From: Haliotis rubra
Lineage: Eukaryota
NCBI RefSeq assembly: GCF_003918875.1
Contig: NW_025766558.1
Coordinates: forward strand, 310,001-374,000
DNA: 64,000 bases
Direction of reading: 5' to 3'
Positions 25,432 to 39,600 of the stretch are shown here, in pieces (positions within the stretch are counted from its first letter, which is position 1; each line of letters opens with the position of its first letter). The translations under genes and the position numbers were made by a program. A model generated the notes under the pieces. It was not told where the DNA came from. It did not search any database and saw only the letters and a program-made list of their open reading frames with translations.

Positions 25432-26132
25432 GGTGCCGTTCCACTAACTGATCTTGGCCCTCTGCCAATCGTAAATCCTTAAAATCCCTATCTTAGCGTG
25501 ACGTTAAGATCGGCATACCGTTCCACTAACCAATCTTACCCAAGTCAATCGTAGAGTTAAGATCCAAAGTCTAAGTTGCTCATGACCAACTTAGGATCGC
25601 TAAAATCAATAGTAGAGAAACCAAAATGGTGGCTTTCATATTCTATGTGAAGACTGACTGACTGACTGAGTTTGGTTCTACGCCGCTTTTAGCAATATTC
25701 CAGCAATATCACGGTTGGGGACACCAGAAATGGGCTTCACTCATTGTACCCATGCGGGGATTCGAACCAGGGTCTTCGGCACGACGAGCCAACGCTTTAA
25801 CCACTAGACTACCCCACCGGCCCTTCTATGTAAAGAAGAATAGCGACCATTTCACTGTGAGCGTCCCCTAAAACCCCCCATGAAATGAATTTGTTTATTT
25901 CTGTGATGTAAACAAACACAGCACTGAAACCTTACAAATCTGAGGCGAGTCTGACCAAGAGTCATGGCAACACGATCTAAGTGTAAGATCGGGATACATT
26001 TGCACAACAATATTGCAATGTCATGGTTAAGAAAGAGTCTCGATCTAAGTGTAACTTTTAGCTAAGACGATTGTAAAATTGGCATAACTTGCTAAGATTG
26101 ATCTTAGTATGATCGGTTAGTGGAACGGCACC
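25432..26132. mobile_element. PIF/Harbinger-type MITE with nested SINE
   Basis: TIRs ggtgccgttccactaac(t/c)gatc; 3-bp CAG TSD at 25429-25431 and 26133-26135. Confidence 0.85.
25654..25823 (-). mobile_element. SINE family A inserted in the Harbinger MITE
   Basis: Full head and core; TSD ttctatgt(g/a)aaga at 25641-25653 and 25824-25836. Confidence 0.9.
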
Positions 26133-27659
26133 CAGGTCTTATCTCAGATTTCTGTCTATGTTGATATCAACAAAAGACAAAGTCACACAAATGTGGAAGA
26201 TATTTATTAATACCATCACAGATTTACAGATTTAATGTATTGAACATGGTAGATAGGTAAGTAGCATCAGCACTTGCGTTGCTGCCTGGGCAGTGTTACA
26301 CACAGGAGACAACATGGAGGAACAGTTGTCCCAGGGTGGGAGGGGTGGGGGTGGGGAAAACAGGGGTGGAGTGTTTTTTCAGGGGCAGGGGCGGAGGCGT
26401 GTCTTCCATAGTATGTTATTTCTCACCCATGTAGAAAGCCTGTCCATACATGACACACAACATATTTTATGACGTTTTACACAGCTCTGTGTGGCCTTGC
26501 AGTATACCCAAATATGGGAGTTACCACATAATGAACTGCTTGTTGGTGGGGAATAATGATTGTTGTTATTAGAATAATATCAATACTAATTGGTAGGAAA
26601 AAATAGATGTGAGACACTTCTAGAATCCTCTTGTCTGACCCAAGTTATGCTCAAGTGCATCCATTTTCAAGCCTTTGGTCAAATCTTTTGGTCTTTGTTC
26701 AAACATCACAACTAGTCCTTTTACGCTGAGTATGGTAAAAATCACAGCTCATCTTGCACATGTGGAATGTCACAAAGTGTCTTTAAACAATACTTGCAGC
26801 TATGATGCACAACACACTCCTGATATGTACACATCTGGTTCAGTTACAAACATAATACAAGCACGAGTCAGCATATATCTTCATTATATTTCCTTCCTAT
26901 AGTTCTGGGTATCAGTATTACATAATGTACAATTTGTCTTAATAAAGCAACTATTTGTACTACATTGTGGCACATTTAACATTGTGGAGATGCATCATGT
27001 AAAGAAACTATTGTGACACACTTATCCTATATAAAAAATATGTTTTGATTATACTCCACTACATGTTGTGGAGGTTTCTGCTGATGCCAGACTGACAGTG
27101 GACACTGCTGCAGTGACTGACCGCCCCGTGGCGCTCGGACTCATCAACACACTCATCATCTCTCACCTTACAGCATCATATTGCACAGTGATATAACAAC
27201 ACACACAGACACACATTACACACATCACATCCATACAGATGACATATCACACAGTATCACAAAGTCCATCACCCAACTAGCAAACAACGAGAACATAAAA
27301 TCATCCCTCATGCCCGTATGTTTATTAGATTCATCCAGCAGCTCATCCTCTGCATCTTCCCAGAGGGTGTCCTGCCTCAAGGTATCTGGTGCCAGGAAGT
27401 GTTTCTTATACTGAGAAGTGTCTGCCCCTGCTATCCCCTGAGTTGTTCAATGGCCGTCTGCCACTAATGCTGGGACACCACATCAATAACATCACAGTTC
27501 TGTGATGAACAAGAGACAGCCATCAAGGATTCATTCAGTATCACAATCAGATCCAGTGCCGATGAACTTTCAGACTGAAATTTTCCAATGAATCAACACT
27601 AATAAAATCTATTTTGTAATTCATGAAATCCTCATATCCACAATCCTGTGGGTGTGGAT

Positions 27660-30600
27660 TCAGCCATTTTCTATGGCATTCCAGTTGATGCAAGAGAAGA
27701 AAGGGTGTGCCTTCAGCGCCTCTGCTCCATCCAACCCTGACCCCAGCCGCTCTCGGGGGTCAAAACACAGCAGCTGCAAAACAAACCAAACAACACTTGT
27801 AAGATGGTGGGATACTGTGTTACCATGGCAGCATGGACATGGTACAGTGTCATACACAACCAAACAACACTTGTATGATGGTGGGATACTGAATTATCAT
27901 GGCAGCATGGAAGTGGTACAGTGTCATACACAACCAAACAACACTTGTATGATGGTGGGATACTGTGTTACCATGGCAGCATGGACATGGTACAGTGTCA
28001 TACACAACCAAACAACACATGTATGATGGTGGGATACTGTGTTACCATGGCAGCATGGACATGGTACAGTGTCATACACAACCAAACAACACATGTATGA
28101 TGGTGGGATACTGTGTTACCATGGCAGCATGGACATGGTACAGTGTCATACACAACCAAACAACACTTGTATGATGGTGGGATACTGTGTTACCATGGCA
28201 GCATGGAAGTGGTACAGTGTCATACACAACCAAACAACACTTGTATGATGGTGGGATACTGTGTTACCATGGCAGCATGGACGTGGTACAGTGTCATACA
28301 CAACCAAACAACATTTGTATGATGGTGGGATACTGTGTTACCATGGCAGCATGGACATGGTACAGTGTCATACACAACCAAACAACACTTGTATGATGGT
28401 GGGATACTGTGTTACCATGGCAGCATGGACATGGTACAGTGTCATACACAACCAAACAACACTTTGTATGATGGTGGGATACTGTGTTACCATGGCAGCA
28501 TGGACATGGTACAGTGTCATACACAACCAAACAACACTTGTATGATGGTGGGTTACTGTGTTACCATGGCAGCATGGACATGGTACAGTGTCATACACAA
28601 CCAAACAACACTTGTATGATGGTATGATGTGTTACCATGGGATACTGTGTTACCATGGCAGCATGGACATGGTACAGTGTCATACACAACCAAACAACAC
28701 TTGTATGATGGTGGGATACTGTGTTACCATGGCAGCATGGACATGGTACAGTGTCATCATACACTACCAAACAACATTTGTATGATGGTGGGATACTGTG
28801 TTACCATGGCAGCATGGACATGGTACAGTGTCATACACAACCAAACAACACATGTATGATGGTGGGATACTGTGTTACCATGGCAGCATGGACATGGTAC
28901 AGTGTCATACACTACCAAACAACACTTGTATGATGGGATGGTGGGATACTGTGTTACCATGGTGGGCAGCATGGACATGGTACAGTGTCATACACAACCA
29001 AACAACACATGTATGATGGTGGGATACTGTGTTACCATGGCAGCATGGACATGGTACAGTGTCATACACTACCAAACAACACTTGTATGATGGTGGGATA
29101 CTGTGTTACCATGGCAGCATGGACATGGTACAGTGTCATACACAACCAAACAACACTTGTATGATGGTGGGATACTGTGTTACCATGGCAGCATGGACAT
29201 GGTACAGTGTCATACACTACCAAACAACATTTGTATGATGGTGGGATACTGTGTTACCATGGCAGCATGGACATGGTACAGTGTCATACACTACCAAACA
29301 ACACATGTATGATGGTGGGATACTGTGTTACCATGGCAGCATGGACATGGTACAGTGTCATACACAACCAAACAACACTTGTATGATGGTGGGATACTGT
29401 GTTACCATGGCAGCATGGACATGGTACAGTGTCATACACAACCAAACAACACTTGTATGATGGTGGGATACTGTGTTACCATGGCAGCATGGACATGGTA
29501 CAGTGTCATACACAACCAAACAACACTTGTATGATGGTGGGTTACTGTGTTACCATGGCAGCATGGACATGGTACAGTGTCATACACAACCAAACAACAC
29601 TTGTATGATGGTGGGATACTGTGTTACCATGGCAGCATGGACATGGTACAGTGTCATACACTACCAAACAACACTTGTATGATGGTGGGATACTGTGTTA
29701 CCATGGCAGCATGGACATGGTACAGTGTCATACACAACCAAACAACACTTGTATGATGGTGGGATACTGTGTTACCATGGCAGCATGGACATGGTACAGT
29801 GTCATACACTACCAAACAACACATGTATGATGGTGGGATACTGTGTTACCACGGCAGCATGGACATGGTACAGTGTTATACACAACCAAACAACACTTGT
29901 AAGATGGTGGGATACTGTGTTACCATGGCAGCATGGACATGGTACAGTGTTATACACAACCAAACAACACTTGTAAGATGGTGACTGGCCTGTGGAGGCA
30001 TGTGAGCTGAAGACTGTGGTCTTACCTCCTTGATTTGATTTAAACATATTTATTCAAGAGAATTGATTGGGTACAAGTTATGCCAACTTAGTGAAACCCT
30101 CTCCTAAGTGAAACCCTCTCCTTACCTCCTTGAGCAAGGCCTGTCCCTCTGAAGACACATGGTTGGGGATGTGTAGATGTGTGTGTGAGTTAATCCCACC
30201 TGGGTGGTAACTGCTCAAACTCTGCAAGAGGAGATATTCTATGTACAAGTGTCAGCATACAGAAATGTGTGGTGTATAAATGTATGAAAGATATAGGTCT
30301 CTGATTAACTTTCTATTTCAGTTTGTAGATATCTTTTAAATCACATATTTCAGAGCTAGTAATAGCAAAGCAGTAAAAGAGTTTGAATTCACAGTAATTG
30401 TTACGGCACTCAGTTCATAACACATAAAGAATAAAACATCAAAGTCTAGCAGGTCAAAAGCTTACAGAATATACCCACCTTCCCTGTGAGGAGCTCATAT
30501 AGCAGTGCACCGAGGCTCCACCAGTCGCACACCTCTGAGTACCCTGTGATGGAGCTCACCTCTACAACAACATCAAATATAGTGAAACCTCCAAAACATC

Positions 30601-33600
30601 ATCAAAATGTAATGTAGTGAAAACCCTCCAAAACATCATTAGATAAAGTGAAAATCTCCAAAACATCATCAAATGTAATGTAGTGAAAACCTCCAAAACA
30701 TCATTAGATATAGTGCAAACCTCAAAAGCATCATCAGATATAGTGAAAATGTCCAAAACATCATCAGATATAGTGAAAACCTTCAAAACATCATCAAATG
30801 TAATGTAGTGCAAACGTCCAAAACATCATCAAATGAAAAAGTGTCTATTCACCTTCACCTTAACACTCACCTGGTGCAACGTACAGATTGTCGACAGCTT
30901 CTGGGTCCACCTGCTTGTCAATCAGAGTCATCTGACAGAAGTAGGACAAAAGGATGTGGCCCTTGTCACCAAGAAGAACGTTGTCTGGTCGCAGATCTCT
31001 GGCAATACATATCACACATAAAATAGTCCTGCTGTAATCATGTAAGATACACATCACTGACTGTAGCAAACTCACTCATCACACACCAGAGCAACAACAC
31101 ACATCATGCGCCATAGCAACAACACACATCTAATGCCCTATCAGCAACACATATCACTCACCTTAGCAACAATATGTATCACTCAACCTAGCAACAACAC
31201 ACATCACTCACCCAAGCAATATCACACCTCACTCACCCTAGCAACAATACAAATCAACAATTCAAGCAACACACATTACCCAGTCAAGCAACAACACACA
31301 TCACTCACCCTAACAACAATACACATCACTCACCCTAGCAACAACATGTATCAATCACCCTAGCAAAAACACACATCACTCATCCTAGCAACAATACAAA
31401 TCACCTTCCCTAGCAACAACACACATCACTCACCACTAGCAGCAACACACATCAACTTCCCTAGCAACAACACACATCACCTTCCCTAGCAACAACACAC
31501 ATCACTCATCCTAGCAACAACACACATCACTCACCACTAGCAACAACACACATCACTCATCCTAGCAACAATACAAATCACCTTCCCTACACACATCACT
31601 CACCACTAGCAACAACACACACCACTCACCCTAGCAACAGTACACATCACCTTCCCTAGCACACATTATCCAACCACACAACAGCAAACATGGGTATACA
31701 ACTCTCGCAATATGTTTTTTCACTATTCTTTTACTTCTTTTTTCAATGTTCATACTGAATCCTAGCAACATTTCTACTGAATATCAGGGGCATACTACAG
31801 GGTGGTACATGGCTTGGAGGAACCAGTTAGTATTGAGACAGGTACCTACGGCACCCAACTGTTGAGACCTACAATGGGTACCTGGATAGACTGTGGGAAT
31901 AGGGGATCCGGTACCCAGGTAGTGAAACTGGACTTGTCACAGACCTAGACCACTTGTGGCTATACATACCTGCAGATGACACCCAATGCATGAAGTCGTG
32001 AGATTGCACAGACTATTTCTGCAGCCCAAGTTTTGATGCAGGATTCAGGAAGTTTGAAAGTTTCAGGATTTCTTGAGTCAAGCTCATCAAATAAGTCTGT
32101 CATGGCTCGGGCTCGGTTCTTGGTTGGTGATTTGAGATCACATTCAAAAGAAGCTGATCGCGTGAGATCTTTGGAGGTCATTCGCTTCACACTGACCTTC
32201 CTTTTAGGGGTGGATGTGGGTAGTGTTGACGTGGGGGTTAGGCTGGCTGTGGGGGTTCCTGATGCATCAGCAGGTGTTACAGAGGACATCTTGTCATCCC
32301 CTACACCTGCTTCACTGATATCACTGTCATTGGAATTGTGGCAGTCATAGATGCTGGGCTCGGTAGACTCGTGAGAGTTGGAGGATGTGTTACCACCTAC
32401 AGCAGTTACGTGATCAGCTGAATCTAAGGCAGAACTGTCCAAACTCCCTGACTCAGACAGCACACGATCAACTAATTTGATCAGTTCCTTAGAACTCTGA
32501 ACAATCCTTTGTGCGTCTAAACTGAGGTCTCCCTCTGTTATACTGGGAGAGCTATCCTGTTGGGAGTCCAGGCGGTCACTGCGTGATGTGTCCTCACTCC
32601 CAAACACATCATCAGCTGTACTGTTGCTTGTATCAACATGTGGCTCCCCCTGCTGGTCAGACACCTCAGTTGTCTCCCCTGTCTCCTCTGGAATGCTCTC
32701 GATGTGGTCGGACATGTTACTGTCAAGGCGGGACATGGCATCACTGTCAAAGCTGTTGATAGAGAACTGTTCCAGAGCTGGTCTGGTTTGATCCAACACC
32801 TCTTGGAAATCACGGCCATCATCCAGGCTAATCTTACTGGAGTCTGCTGCAGCAACACAGTCTGCACCTACTGTTACATCGCCGACTGACTTACCCTCAT
32901 CTGACGACAGACTGGATAGCCTAAGGTAGTCAGGTTTTAAATTGGAGGAGCCAGCAGGTGCATCAGAAGCAGGTGCATCAGAAGCATGTGTGTCAGGAGC
33001 AGGTGCATCAGAAGCAGGTGTGTCATTAGCAGGAGTGTCAGGATCAACTTCATCAGGGGATGTCACCTGGTTGGAGAAGTGGACAACACGTCCAGCAGAG
33101 GTACTGGGGCCTATTGCGATCTGGGCTGGCTTCTTCTGGTCCATGTTGGTGGGCGTCACAGTGGGCACAGCAGTGGAGTCAGTATCCTCAGTGTGGCACA
33201 CCTGTCCCGAGTAAACATTGCTGCTGTTGTGTGGGTAGAGCCCAACCGGAGAGTTGTCTCCCCCTGTAATAGTGTCCTGGTTCTGGAGGAAGCTACTGAT
33301 GTGAGTCCACAGTTTGCCCCCGCTGGCATATTGCAACAACAGATAGATGGCATTGTGGGTCTCATAGAACTTGTACAGGCTGACCATATATGGGCAACTA
33401 GTTGGCAGGATGGAGGGCATACGAGTTGTCGGGGTAACCGCTGCCTTGTGAACTGTCTGGGATAATACAAATGTCTATGATTAAGAACTATTAGGTTTAA
33501 TGGAATTAAAATAACTGTATTTATGATCAATCTCATTAAACTGATATCTTTTTCACTATGATACAAGCCTCTCTGTGTGATGACTTATCCCTGGGAGGTT

Positions 33601-36600
33601 GCTTCAGGGGAACAGTTAATCACCCAATATCAGGAACAATTCACTGAGCACTGAAGAGAAAACCCCTATTTTATAATAGGGCCCTTATTCTCAAAACGTT
33701 CGTAACCCTGAGAATTCTTAACTTTGAATGTAGCCAATGTGTTAAGAATGGGCTTAAGAAGTTCGTAGGGCTACGAACGTTTCGAGAATAGCTAGCCTGT
33801 TCTTCACAAAACAATCATGACCTACCTGGCTGAATATAATCACTATCACATTACTGGTAGTGTATTGCTTCACTTAAATATTCAGTGAATTGAACCGTAT
33901 CCCTTCATGAATTCCATTCGCTTTCACATATATTGAATATTTATGACTTTCAGAAAAATATTATTGGACCTGTTTCAGCCATGTGAACATTGTCAATGAC
34001 CACTGACCACATGAGGTCCAAGTAGATATACAAGAGTCTTGACCACTTCCCTGTCTTAGAAATATTCCTGTCTGCAATCTTGCTTTGATAGATAACCCCT
34101 AATACAAGAAAAACACTCCTTTTGATACTGTTTCACTACAGATAAGGAAAAATACATCTACTGCTGACTTGAAATGGTAATGGTCACCCAATACTTGTAT
34201 TTGTTACCCAATGTTTGCGATTTGTATCATATTCACCTCATACTGGATTCGTTGCAGCCTGAGAAATCCTAGGAAATGAATTGTCACTGTGTGACATGTG
34301 ACAGCCTTATTACCTTTATGACGTAAGTCTCGTCTGAGGTGCGGTCCATCACCAGAACAACACGGTCCACTGTACCCAGCACCTTGTAGCTCCGTAACTC
34401 AGACATGGACCCTTGGATGAAAGCCAGCGACGGGTCAAGGTCAAGTGAGGGGGACAGGGTGATGTCAGTCTATAAAGATCGAAAACATTCAACTTAGTGA
34501 TGTACATACCCAGGATCACTTAGTGATGTACATACCCAGGATCACTTAGTGATGGACATATCCAGGATCACTTAGTGATGGACATACCCAGGATCACTTA
34601 GTGATGGACATACCCAGGATCACTTAGTGATGTACATATCCAGGATCACTTAGTGATGTACATACCCAGGATCACTTAGTGATGTACATATCCAGGATCA
34701 CTTAGTGATGTACATACCCAGGATCACTTAGTGATGTACATACCCAGGATCACTTAGTGATGTACATATCCAGGATCACTTAGTGATGTACATACCCAGG
34801 ATCACTTAGTGATGTACATACCCAGGATCACTTAGTGATGTACATATCCAGGATCACTGATGTACATACCCAGGATCACTTAGTGATGTACTTAGTGATG
34901 TACATATCCAGGATCACTTAGTGATGTACATATCCAGGATCACTTAGTGATGTACATATCCAGGATCACTTAGTGATGTACCTTAGTGATGTACATATCC
35001 AGGATCACTTAGTGATGTACATACCCAGGATCACTTAGTGATACATACCCAGGATTTACATATCCAGAATCACTTAGTGTACATATCCAGGATCATAGTG
35101 ATGTACAAACCCAGGATCACTTAGTGATGTACATACCCAGGATCACTTAGTGATGTACATACCCAGGATCACTTAGTGATGTACATATCCAGGATCACTT
35201 AGTGATGTACATACCCAGGATCACTTAGTGATGTACATATCCAGGATCACTTAGTGATGTACATATCCAGAATCACTTAGTGATGTACATACCCAGGATC
35301 ACTTAGTGTGTGTTGCTATGGGACACCAGGTGGGATGTGTGTTGGTATGGAACACCAGGTAGGATGTGTGTTGGTATGGTACACCAGGTGGGATGTGTGT
35401 GCTATGTGTTGCTATGCCAAGGACACCAGGTGGGGGGTGTGGGGTGGGGGATGTGAGTTGCTATGGGACACCAGGTAGGGTGTGTGTGTTGCTATGGTAC
35501 ACCAGGTGGGGTGTGTGTTGCTATGGTACACCAGGTGGGGTGTGTGTTGCTATGGTACACCAGGTGGGGTGTGTGTTGCTATGGTACACCAGGTGGGGTG
35601 TGTGTTGCTATGGTACACCAGGTGGGGTGTGTGTTGCTAAGGTACACCAGGTGGGGTGTGTGTTGCTAAGGTACACCAGGTGGGGTGTGTGTTGTACACC
35701 AGTTGGGGTGTGTGTTGCTAAGGTACACCAGGTGGGGTGTGTGTTGCTAAGGTACACCAGGTGGGGTGTGTGTTGCTAAGGTACACCAGGTGGGGTGTGT
35801 GTTGCTAAGGTACACCAGGTGGGGTGTGTGTTGCTATGGTACACCAGGTGGGGTGTGTGTTGCCAGGGTGTATACTCACTGCAGCCCATCGCCTCTCATC
35901 CGCTGTGTCCTGTGCCATGTGCAGATTGTACAGGTCTTCAGCCTTCATGAGGTACTGGGCCGTCTTCCTCCGCACCGCATCACGCCGACTCTTGTTGCTG
36001 TCCCCTTCAGTCAACAACCAATACAGACTTTACTTCTTCTCAAAGTCATCTTAAAAACTGCACAAATGACACAGACATGACGTGTGTGCTGATGTCAACT
36101 AGTATTTCCGGGATCCTTAACACAATAGACTATATTGCTCTTAATGTTTCTTCAACTTACATTTACTTCCCAACAGGAGACTTACAATATTGTTAAACTT
36201 AACCCTCTCAACCACTGTATACTTACTAGAACCTTGAGGACTGTTGGACAACATTTCACAGAACTTGTTACCTTCATAGAACTAACTTACACCAACAATT
36301 GTTGGTTACTCCTCAGTCACTAACAGTAGAATTACTCTGGGACAAGTCAGTTTACCAGGTACCAGACTACTGTGAAGGACTCCCTGATGGCCACTCACCC
36401 TGCACTCCCTGTAGCAAGATTCCAACTCCTGTCTTGTAACAAGCAAAGGACATTTCATAGTTTGCATTGGCTTCATGCTCCTGTGCCAGACAGATCTGGT
36501 GGGCAGCCAGGTAGATGTAGTCATCCTTGCCCCCCAAGTCCATGCTTGACACACTGGAATGTGTCCCTGCACGACTTTTCCGGGCGGGGCTTGGGGTGTT

Positions 36601-39600
36601 ACTTCTGACGTGATGTGCAGGACTTGCTGACAGTGATCCCGATTTCCTCGCAGGACTCACAGACACAGATGATGTCTTGTGTGCCGGACTTGCATATCCC
36701 GAGCCAGACTTTGTCGGACTGCCTACTGTGGAATCAGACCTGTGTGCCGGACTCGCTGATGCCGATGCTGTCCTGGCTGATGAGGATGTCTGAGAGCTGG
36801 TTGTTGAGCTGACACTTCCTGTTCTTATTGACGGAAGAGACAGGTCGATATCTCCTTTGCCACATTCCACTTTTGACTCACCTCGACTCCGTAGAGGATC
36901 AAATTCTCCAATTTCAAAAATGACATCTTCCCCTCCTGGACTCAACTCTTGTGACTCCTCCATATCTGCCATGTTTGTAATTGTGTAGTCCTCCTTCCCA
37001 TCGTCCATCCGCGTCCCGTCCTTGTCCTCCCCGAGCTGGGCACATGTATGCAGGGCCTTCACCAGCCAGCTGTTACTGCGGGTCATGCCACCCTCCACCT
37101 CCCCCACCAGCTCTGATGCCAGGGGGTCAAACGAGCTGATGTCTGTGTCAGGGAGAGAGGTCCCCAGCGGAGAGTCCAGATCGGTGTCCCCGGCCTCACC
37201 GAATGAGGCAGATGAGTCCAGGCTGATGGTGTCTGGTAGCTGTGGGAAGTTCCAGGTGCCCTCCAACACCCGAGCCCTGAAACAACCATCAGGCAGCTCA
37301 TCACTACAACATCATTTGACCCGTGTCTATTAAGTATATAAATCAGTTGGTCTGAAGCATATCCATGTTTGTTGACCTACAGCTGCCAGCAACACAAGGG
37401 CTAACATAAACATCCACCTCAGGTTTGGTCACACAATCAATCAAGTTACCAAGCCTGACCTCCCAGGACAACATTCAAGCAGGTTACCTATTCTAACGGG
37501 GACAAATATTAAAGTATAAATCTTACTCCTCTTTCCTGCCATTCACTGTTAGTGTGACCGACTGATCTGAGCTTGCTTCGGCTTCCTCTGACATGTTAGC
37601 AGAGTGACTGGAGCATCTGGAGCCCTGGCCAGGAGCCATCACTGGGACTACATCTGGCGGTGGGTTGCTGTCTGTGGCATCACTGGAGATGACGTCCAGT
37701 TTGGAAGGCCGCATAGCAGGAGGACCACCAGAACCCTGGGATGTCTTCCCACCCTTAAAAAACAACACAAAAAGAAGGTCAGTGTAACAGAGGTCCTCAC
37801 CCACCATGCCCGTCTACAGAGATAGTGTAACAGAGGTCCTCACCTACCATGCCCATCTACAGAGATAGTGTAACAGAGGTCCTCACCTCCCATGCCAACC
37901 TGCAAAGATAGTGTATCTGCCCACCATGCCCATCTACAGAGATAGTGTAACAGAGGTCCTCACCCACCATGCCCATCTACAAAGATAGTGTAACAGAGGT
38001 CCTCACCTCCCATGCCCATCTACAAAGATAGTGTAACAGAGGTCCTCACCTCCCATGCCCATCTACAAAGATAGAGTAACAGAGGCCCTCACCCACCATG
38101 CCCATCTACAGAGATAGTGTAACAGAGGTCCTCACCTCCCATGCCCATCTACAAAGATAGTGTAACAGAGGTCCTCACCCCCACCATGCCCACCTCACCC
38201 ACCATGCCCACAAAGATAGTGTAACAGAGGTCCTCACCTACCATGCCCATCTACAAAGATAGTGTAACAGAGGTCCTCACCCACCATGCCCATCTACAAA
38301 GATAGTGTAACAGAGGTCCTCACCTCCCATGCCCATCTACAAAGATAGTGTAACAGAGGCCCTCATCCATCATGCCCATCTACAACAAATTGCTCTATAT
38401 TTCATCCATTCTGTAAAGATCTTGGATACCACGGCAAGTGGTTGCCCTATATTTCTACCATTCTGTAAAGATCTGGGATGCCATGGCAACTGGTTGCTCT
38501 ATATTTCACCCATTCTGTAAAGATCTGGGATGCCATGGCAACTGGTTGCTCTATATTTCACCCATTCTGTAAAGATCTGGGATACCATGGCAACTGGTTG
38601 CTCTATATTTCACCCATTCTGTAAAGATCTGGGATGCCATGGTAACTGGTTGCTCTATATTTCACCCATTCTGTAAAGATCTGGGATACCATGGCAACTG
38701 GTTGCTCTATATTTCATCAATTCTGTAAAGATCTGGGATGCCATGGCAACTGGTTGCCCTATATTTAACCCATTCTGTAAAGATCTGGGATGCCATGGCA
38801 ACTGGGATACCATGGCAATTTCTCTGTAAAGATGCAACTGGTTGCTCTATATTTCACCCATTCTGTAAAGATCTGGGATGCCATGGCAACTGGCTGCTCT
38901 ATATTTCACCCATTCTGTAAAGATCTGGGATGCCATGGCAACTGGTTGCTCTATATTTCTACCATTCTGTAAAGATCTGGGATACCATGGCAACTGGCTG
39001 CTCTATATTTCACCCATTCTGTAAAGATCTGGGATGCCATGGCAACTGGCTGCTCTATATTTCACCCATCTGTAAAGGGATACCATGGCAACTGGTTGCT
39101 CTATATTTCACCCATTCTGTAAAGATCTGGGATACCATGGCAACTGGCTGCTCTATATTTCTACCCATTCTGTAAAGATCTGGGATCACCCATGTAAAGA
39201 TCTGGGATACCATGGTAACTGGTTGCTCTATATTTCACCCATTCTGTAAAGATCTGGGATGCCATGGCAACTGGTTGCTCTATATTTCTACCATTCTGTA
39301 AAGATCTGGGATACCATGGCAACTGGTTGCTCTATATTTCACCCATTCTGTAAAGATCTGGGATACCATGGCAACTGGCTGCTCTATATTTCTACCATTC
39401 TGTAAAGATCTGGGATGCCATGGTAACTGGTTGCTCTATATTTCACCCATTCTGTAAAGATCTGGGATACCATGGCAACTGGTTGCTCTATATTTCACCC
39501 ATTCTGTAAAGATCTGGGATACCATGGCAACTGGTTGCTCTATATTTCACCCATTCTGTAAAGATCTGGGATACCATGGCAACTGGTTGCTCTATATTTC

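Noticed and set aside
27652-30047. Dozens of near-identical 69-aa ORFs
   Set aside because: Translation of the 74-bp intronic minisatellite; the frame shifts every unit.
32033-33465. Plus-strand ORFs overlapping RPS6KC1 exon 9
   Set aside because: Antisense shadows of a long coding exon with no independent gene signals.
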